From assembly GCF_000190715.1 (NCBI RefSeq), contig NW_003519425.1:22330-86329 (forward strand): a stretch of 64,000 bases of DNA, read 5' to 3'. The first letter of the stretch is position 1. Every line of letters begins with the position of its first letter. Source of the stretch: Dictyostelium purpureum (taxonomy: Eukaryota). The position numbers were made by a program, and so were the translations under genes. Below are positions 58,226-64,000 of this stretch, piece by piece. The notes below the pieces were generated by a model. That model saw only the letters and a list, made by a program, of their open reading frames with translations, did no database searches and was not told the DNA's origin.

Positions 58226-59305
58226 TTAGTATTTTTTAAATTCTTTATGGTTATCACCAAAACTAATTGCCATTTGATCCAAGAAATATTCCCTGTAGTT
58301 GCCTCTAAAATTTTGGAAATAGGAGTCTCTTTCTCTTACTGGAGGTTCTGGAATTCCCTCAATTACTTTGACTGGGGTATCCCATGGTGGGGATACAAAT
58401 AATGGAAATGAGAAACGATCTTTACCGCTGGTATTGTATAAGACTCTGTGGAAATTTGAAAGATAATAACCTCTGGTCATAATTTGAAGCATGTCACCTA
58501 AATTAATAACAAATGTTCCTTTAATAGGTTTGGCATCAATATACTTGTCTTTGGATTTAATTTGCAAACCCCCTACATCATCTTGATGGAGAACTGTGAT
58601 ACTGCCCCAATCGGTGTGCTCTGATACACCAAACTTCTCTTGTTGATCACTTTCGTCTACATCATTGTTAAACGATGGATATCTTAAACATCCTAATATA
58701 GAGGATGGATTAGCGTTATAGTTATTTGTTTTGAAATAATCATTTGGTAAATGTAATGAAATTGCTATTAGTTCTAATATTTCATTAGATAAATTCAAGA
58801 CCTTTTTAATATAGGTTTCAATTGTTTTTTTATAACCAACTATCCCATATTCTTTTTCCTCCTCTTCATTTGGGTATAAACGATTGGTTAAATGGTCTGC
58901 GTATTCATCCTGAACTAATAAATATGTCCCATCTTTATAATCTATTCCCTTGGTGTACCCATGTCCCTTTTTATCACCCACTTTAAAATAACCTAAAGCT
59001 TCACTAACGCCTGTTTTTCTTTTAAATCTGCATTTAAACTCCTCTGGCAAATCTAAAAACTTTTTAATAAATGAATACAAATCCTCAATTAATGACTCCT
59101 CTATCCCATGACCCTTTACATAAAAAAAACCATATTCTTTAGAAGCATCATGAATTTCTTTAGCAATTTTTGCTTTACCATTATCTGAATCTCTTGAAGA
59201 TATATCAATTACTGGAATAACATTATTATAATTATCTACTTTAATATCTGTACTATTACTATTTGTGTTTGTATTTGTGGTTGTGGTGGTGGATAATGAA
59301 GTCAT
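58226..59305 (-). CDS. 2-oxoglutarate/Fe(II)-dependent dioxygenase (isopenicillin-N-synthase-like family).
   Basis: N-terminal DIOX_N-like IPVIDIS...GFFYVKGHGI. HxD...H iron triad (HTDWGSITVLHQDD...FHRV) and an RxS 2OG-binding motif. Confidence 0.7.
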   Translation of the reverse strand: MTSLSTTTTTNTNTNSNSTDIKVDNYNNVIPVIDISSRDSDNGKAKIAKEIHDASKEYGFFYVKGHGIEESLIEDLYSFIKKFLDLPEEFKCRFKRKTGVSEALGYFKVGDKKGHGYTKGIDYKDGTYLLVQDEYADHLTNRLYPNEEEEKEYGIVGYKKTIETYIKKVLNLSNEILELIAISLHLPNDYFKTNNYNANPSSILGCLRYPSFNNDVDESDQQEKFGVSEHTDWGSITVLHQDDVGGLQIKSKDKYIDAKPIKGTFVINLGDMLQIMTRGYYLSNFHRVLYNTSGKDRFSFPLFVSPPWDTPVKVIEGIPEPPVRERDSYFQNFRGNYREYFLDQMAISFGDNHKEFKKY

Positions 59306-60211
59306 TATAATAAAATTAATTAAATTTCATAAGAAACAAAAAATATAAAAATTTTAATTTTTTTAAAAAAAAAAAAAAAGATAAAAAAAAAATAAATATT
59401 TTTTAATTAAAAATAACAGATATTATTTGCATTCTTTAAAAAAAAAATATATATATATTTTTTCCCATTAAAAATACAAATAAATAGTAATTTCTTTAAA
59501 AATTAAAAAGAATGAATGAATTTTACATTTTATTTTTTTAAATCTTTAACCATGCAACATTCTAATGCCTTTTTTAAAGTTCTCCCTATAAAAATTATTT
59601 TTATTTTAAGTATATATATTTATACTTATTAAGTGTTTAAATTTAGGTAAAAAGAAAAAAAATTATTTGAATAAACCAAATATCTATTAATTCTTTAATA
59701 TATTTGTATTTTTTTTTTTTTTTTTTTATAATTTCAAAATTTTTTTAATTGTATTATTAATAAATATATATTTTTTTTAAATATTTTAAAATAAAATATC
59801 CCAAATATCATCCCTAATTAAAACTAAAAATTTAATTTTATAATTTTAAAAGTATAAAACATGTATTATAAAAAAAAAAAAAAAATATTTTTGGTTAATA
59901 TTTTTTATTACATAAAGAATATTTCAAAATAAAAGAAAAAAAAAAATAGAGGAACTTTAAAATGTTCATGTTCATCTCAAAACAAAACATTCAATAAAAA
60001 AGAATCCCCAAATTTAAAATGTAGATTAGTGATAACTTTCAAAAAAAAAAGTTTCATATTATATATTTACAAAAAAAAAAAAAAATTAATAAACTATTCT
60101 GGAATATGAAATTATAAAATTAATTATAAAACTAATAATAAATAATAGATTAAAGATTAAAAAAGAAAAAAAGAATTTTTATTTTTTTATAATTATTTTG
60201 TTATTAATTTG

Positions 60212-61369
60212 TTAAATGCCATAGTAAATAGTTGGTTTTTCATTTTCTATTTTGTTGTGTATAATTGAAGATAGTTCATCCATTAATTGGGGATGTAACT
60301 TTTTATGAAGATCTGTTGAATAAAATTCTAAATATTTTAGATTTGGTAAATTTTTAAAATTGATCATGTCTATTTTTTGTGAAAAGAAATGACCAAATGT
60401 TATAGATTCTAATGATTTGGGCAATGTATTTGGGTGTATTAGTCTATCGAAAGAGTCTCCGAATGAAATTGATTTTAAATTGGGTGGGAGTGTATTGGAA
60501 ATTTCAGTGTTAAAGTCACTGCCCAAATCTAAGTGCTCTATTGTAGGTGGTAAAATTGATAAGTCCTGATTAAACCCTCTATTAAATACTAATCTCTTAA
60601 TGCTGGATGGCAAACTTTTTATTTCTGAATTGAATGAATAAAACTCCAACTCTTCGACTGAATCTGGTATTAAATTCTCTGTTAGAGGTTGGTCAAAATT
60701 TCCCATATTTAAATAAACTACTGAATCTGGTATTGATCCTTTAACTAAAACTTGGCTACAATCCTCTTTATTATCGCTACTTTTTTCCTCCTGTTCCTCC
60801 ATAATACTATTTGTAAATGTATTTGAACCAAATGATAATGAAACTACTGACATTGGTAACACACCCGGTTTAATTTGTTTTGTATAGTTTAAAGTTTCTA
60901 TCGATACCAATGTTACATTGATGGGTATATCCCCAGATTGAATTTCTTGATTAAATTCTGTGGTAAAACATAAAGATCTTACTGAATCTGGAATAAAACC
61001 ATTGCTTAGATCTTCATTTGAATGAATTGTTAATCTTTCAATACTTGATGGTAATTTCATATCTTGATCTCCATTATTGCTAATTAAAGTTAAATCTGTA
61101 TAAAACAAATCTTCGTTGATTTCATTATCTTCAAAATTAAATTGAAATGATTCTGAATGATAGTTTAATTCTGTTATATATGATTTGTATTTGAATAATT
61201 TCAATGTTTTTAAACAAAACATATTATATTCTTTTGATGTATATTCATGCACAAAATGATAAATTTTTAAATGATCAAATATTATTGATCTTATATAAAC
61301 GTTATTCCATACCGATGATTTTAATTTTAATATACTATCATCATTATTATCTTTACAATGATTATTCAT
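60212..61369 (-). CDS. FNIP-repeat protein (385 aa).
   Basis: ATG at complement 61367-61369. Repeats LSFGSNTFTNSI, ISFGDSFDRLIHPNTLPKSLESITFGHFFSQKI. Confidence 0.7.
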   Translation of the reverse strand: MNNHCKDNNDDSILKLKSSVWNNVYIRSIIFDHLKIYHFVHEYTSKEYNMFCLKTLKLFKYKSYITELNYHSESFQFNFEDNEINEDLFYTDLTLISNNGDQDMKLPSSIERLTIHSNEDLSNGFIPDSVRSLCFTTEFNQEIQSGDIPINVTLVSIETLNYTKQIKPGVLPMSVVSLSFGSNTFTNSIMEEQEEKSSDNKEDCSQVLVKGSIPDSVVYLNMGNFDQPLTENLIPDSVEELEFYSFNSEIKSLPSSIKRLVFNRGFNQDLSILPPTIEHLDLGSDFNTEISNTLPPNLKSISFGDSFDRLIHPNTLPKSLESITFGHFFSQKIDMINFKNLPNLKYLEFYSTDLHKKLHPQLMDELSSIIHNKIENEKPTIYYGI

Positions 61370-61576
61370 TCTCTATTTTTTGGTAAATTAAAATTTTAAA
61401 AAATAAAAAAAAAAAAATTAAATTTTTTAAAATTATAAAAAAAAAAAAAAAATTATTTATAACTACAAATAAATTATTATCTAAAATATAAATAAATTGT
61501 TGTTACGACTATATGATTATTTATTGTTTTTTTAAATATTTTTTTATTTTTTATTTTTTTTTTTAAATATTAAATA

Positions 61577-61607
<31 letters not shown>

Positions 61608-61821
61608 TTCACATATATAAATCGATCATCAAATTTATTCATCATTTTCGACCATATATTTTAATAAAATTAAATTAAAATATATTTTCTATCTATATTA
61701 CTATTATTGTTGTTGATATTATTATTATTATTATTATTATTTACTGTTATTCGGTGGTTGTGGTTATTTTTTTTTTATTTTTTTTTATATGATATTATTA
61801 TTGATGTTTATAAAAATAAAT

Positions 61822-63821
61822 TTAAGCGGTGGCAGTTGGGGCAGCAGTAGCAACTGGAGTGGTAGTAGTGGTGGTTGGGGTGGTAGCAGTAGTAGTGGTA
61901 GTAGTAGTGGTGGATGTGGTAGTTGGTTGATTTCTATTTTGACGTTGATTTTTACGATCTTTATTGTCACCTTTTCTATTTTGTTGAGTTCTTGATTCAT
62001 TAATACCAACAACGATTTCAATACCACGATTAAATAAGGCTTTAGTTTTATCCATAACTTGACGGTAAGAGTTGTGTTGAGTAAACATTTTAATTTGATT
62101 ATTAGCAGAATCAATTTTAGCAGTGAATCTAGTATTTCTGATAGCTTCAACAATCCATTTTTCTGATGATTCTTGTGGAATACCTAAATTTTTGCATAAC
62201 ATACTATAAAAATAAAAAAAAATAAAAAAAATTAATATGAAATTAAATAATATTATTTTCAAATTATTATCTACAGCTATATGATGATGATTATTATTAT
62301 AATAATAATAATAGTGATTATTATTATTTCTTATGATTATGGTTGTTGCTTTAAAAAAACTTACTCGATATCAATATTTTCTAAAATATTACAATAGGTT
62401 TCAAAAACACAAACTCTTGAATTTTCCATAAATTCTTCAACACATGTATGAAGGAAGAAATCATTCTTTAAAACTTTTTCGCAAAGAGTTAATTGAGCTT
62501 GAGCTTCATCAAAGTTGAATTTAACAAAAAGATTTGAAATGAAAGCAGTGACTGGATCACGATAGACGTATGATTCTTGTTCTACGACACGAATTAAAGC
62601 GTTTAAAACACGTTGGAAAACATTTGATTGTTGTTTCTTTTTGTTGACAATGATGGCAACAGCTAAATAACGAAGGATATGTGGACAAGTGGTTTGAATG
62701 GCGTTTAAGTATTTATCTTCTAATAAGAGATCGACTAATGATGATCTGCTATCTGGATGGTAAAAGTAAACAAAGAGAGCTCTGTGAATTAACCAAGCTC
62801 TTTGGCCTAATTGTTCGATTGGTGAACCATTGCTATCGATTTGATCTTGAAGTGGTGAAATATCATTAACTGCAGCAGTCCAATTTAATGAAAGAATATC
62901 AGATTCGAGAATACCCCATAATGCAGAAAGTCTCTTTTCTCTGCTGATTGAGTGTTGTGAAAGTTGTAAAAAGATTTCCAAGTGATCTCTAGCACTACCA
63001 TATTGACCAGTTTCAAATAATAATTTGGAAAATCTGTAAATTGATTCTAAAATTGCTGGTGTAACTGTTTCTTGTAATTGTGAAAATGGAATAACTTGAA
63101 TGGTTGGGGTAGTAGTAGTAGTGGTGGTTGGTGCTGGAGTTGGTGTGGTGGTGGTGGTGGTAGTAGTTGATTCTTCAGTTTTATCGGAAGCGGCGGCAGC
63201 AGCAGCGGCAGCTTCTTTTTCTTGTTTTTGTTGTTCTTTTAATTCTTTTTGTTGTTCTTTTTGTTGTCTCTTTGATTCGATATATTGTGTGACAAATGAA
63301 CATTCTTCTTTTAATTTATTAAGTTCTTCAACTAATTGTTTCTTTTTTTCTTGAAGTGGAGCTGTATCTCTACCTGTTGCTTTATATGCATCAATAGCGT
63401 AATCACAACAACCTGTATTTGATAAAATATCTGCCATTGCTTTATTAATTTCATTTTCTGAATATTGTTGGGTATCCTATATTAATTGAATTTAAAATTA
63501 TTTGTTTTTTTTTTTTTTTTCAATTTATTTGATTATTATTCGTTATTATTGTTAATTAATGAATTTATTTAAGTTTGATTAAATTAGTTTAAAATAAAAA
63601 AGTTGAATTAATATTTATTTATTTATCTATTTATTTATTTATTTCTCTTCTTCTTTTTTTCTAATCCTATTATTTTTCATATTATTTATTATTTTATTTA
63701 TTTATTTTATTTTTTTTTTCATAATAATTTTGATGATTCTTACATTAAGATACTTGACTAATGGAAGCATCATATGTGAATCTAAAAATCCCCATATTTG
63801 TTTAGTTAAATCGTATTCCAT
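61822..63821 (-). CDS. eif3E: Translation initiation factor eIF3 subunit E (Int-6). Three exons: complement(join(61822..62212,62365..63476,63744..63821)).
   Basis: Strong collinear similarity to eIF3e (AWLIHRALFVYFYHPDSR..YLNAIQTTCPHILRYLAVAIIVNKK..VVEQESYVYRDPVTAFISNLFVKFNFDEAQ..NDFFL..FMENSRVCVFETYC, then PCI/winged-helix part WIVEAIRNTRFTAKIDS). Exon 1 MEYDLTKQIWGFLDSHMMLPLVKYLN|GTAAGA. Phases are consistent. Confidence 0.85.
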
Positions 63822-64000
63822 TTTGTATATATATTTATATAAAATAATAATCGCTTTACGTTCAGCTCTAAAAAAAAAAAAAAAAAAAAAAATTTTAAAA
63901 AAAAATTAAAAAAAAAAAAACAATTTTTTTTATTTTTAATTTTTTTTATTGATAATTTTTTTATTTTTTTTTTCTTTTTTTTCGTACTTCAAATCATTGA

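Noticed and set aside
61789-61995. Gly/Ser-rich 68-aa ORF on + strand and 122-aa ORF 61785-62153 on - strand
   Set aside because: Off-frame/antisense translations of the (ACC/ACT)n poly-Thr coding tract at the 3' end of eIF3e. The eIF3e frame (61822-62212) is the one with homology.
63100-63354. 84-aa + strand ORF 'MVGVVVVVVVGAGVG..AAAAAAA'
   Set aside because: Antisense of the poly-Thr/poly-Ala insertion in eIF3e exon 2.

Overview
The window is AT-rich (about 75-80% A+T) and gene-dense, with genes on both strands, short introns (GTAAGT/GTATGT ... poly-T/A ... TAG), poly-Asn/Gln/Thr coding tracts and long A/T homopolymers between genes. All of this is typical of Dictyostelium discoideum nuclear DNA. 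No bacterial-type operons, CRISPR arrays, rRNA or convincing tRNA genes are present. I can support about 24 protein-coding genes. The recognisable ones are FANCL (RING E3), Atg8, an APC-family amino-acid permease, a tetraspanin, TEP1 (TROVE-NACHT-WD40, the telomerase/vault-associated protein), a DEAD-box helicase with a mitochondrial-like presequence on a separate micro-exon, a Ras GTPase (probably rasB) with a 13-nt micro-exon, a NATD1-like GNAT protein, a LEA-like repeat protein, a histidine phosphatase, a 2OG-Fe(II) oxygenase, eIF3e, and three FNIP-repeat proteins. The most striking object is a single 3,933-codon ORF (4729-16530). It combines three ankyrin-repeat blocks with a complete C-terminal SecA-type ATPase motor (NBD1-PPXD-NBD2, all signature motifs intact). 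The second is a minus-strand gene (48932-51392) made of four tandem, phase-0, near-identical-length exons that each encode the same ~138-165 aa module. The supplied ORF track labels non-ATG starts (TTG/GTG) as 'M', so several ORF 5' ends are not true initiators. Intron/exon boundaries were derived by eye and are approximate (+/- a few nt).
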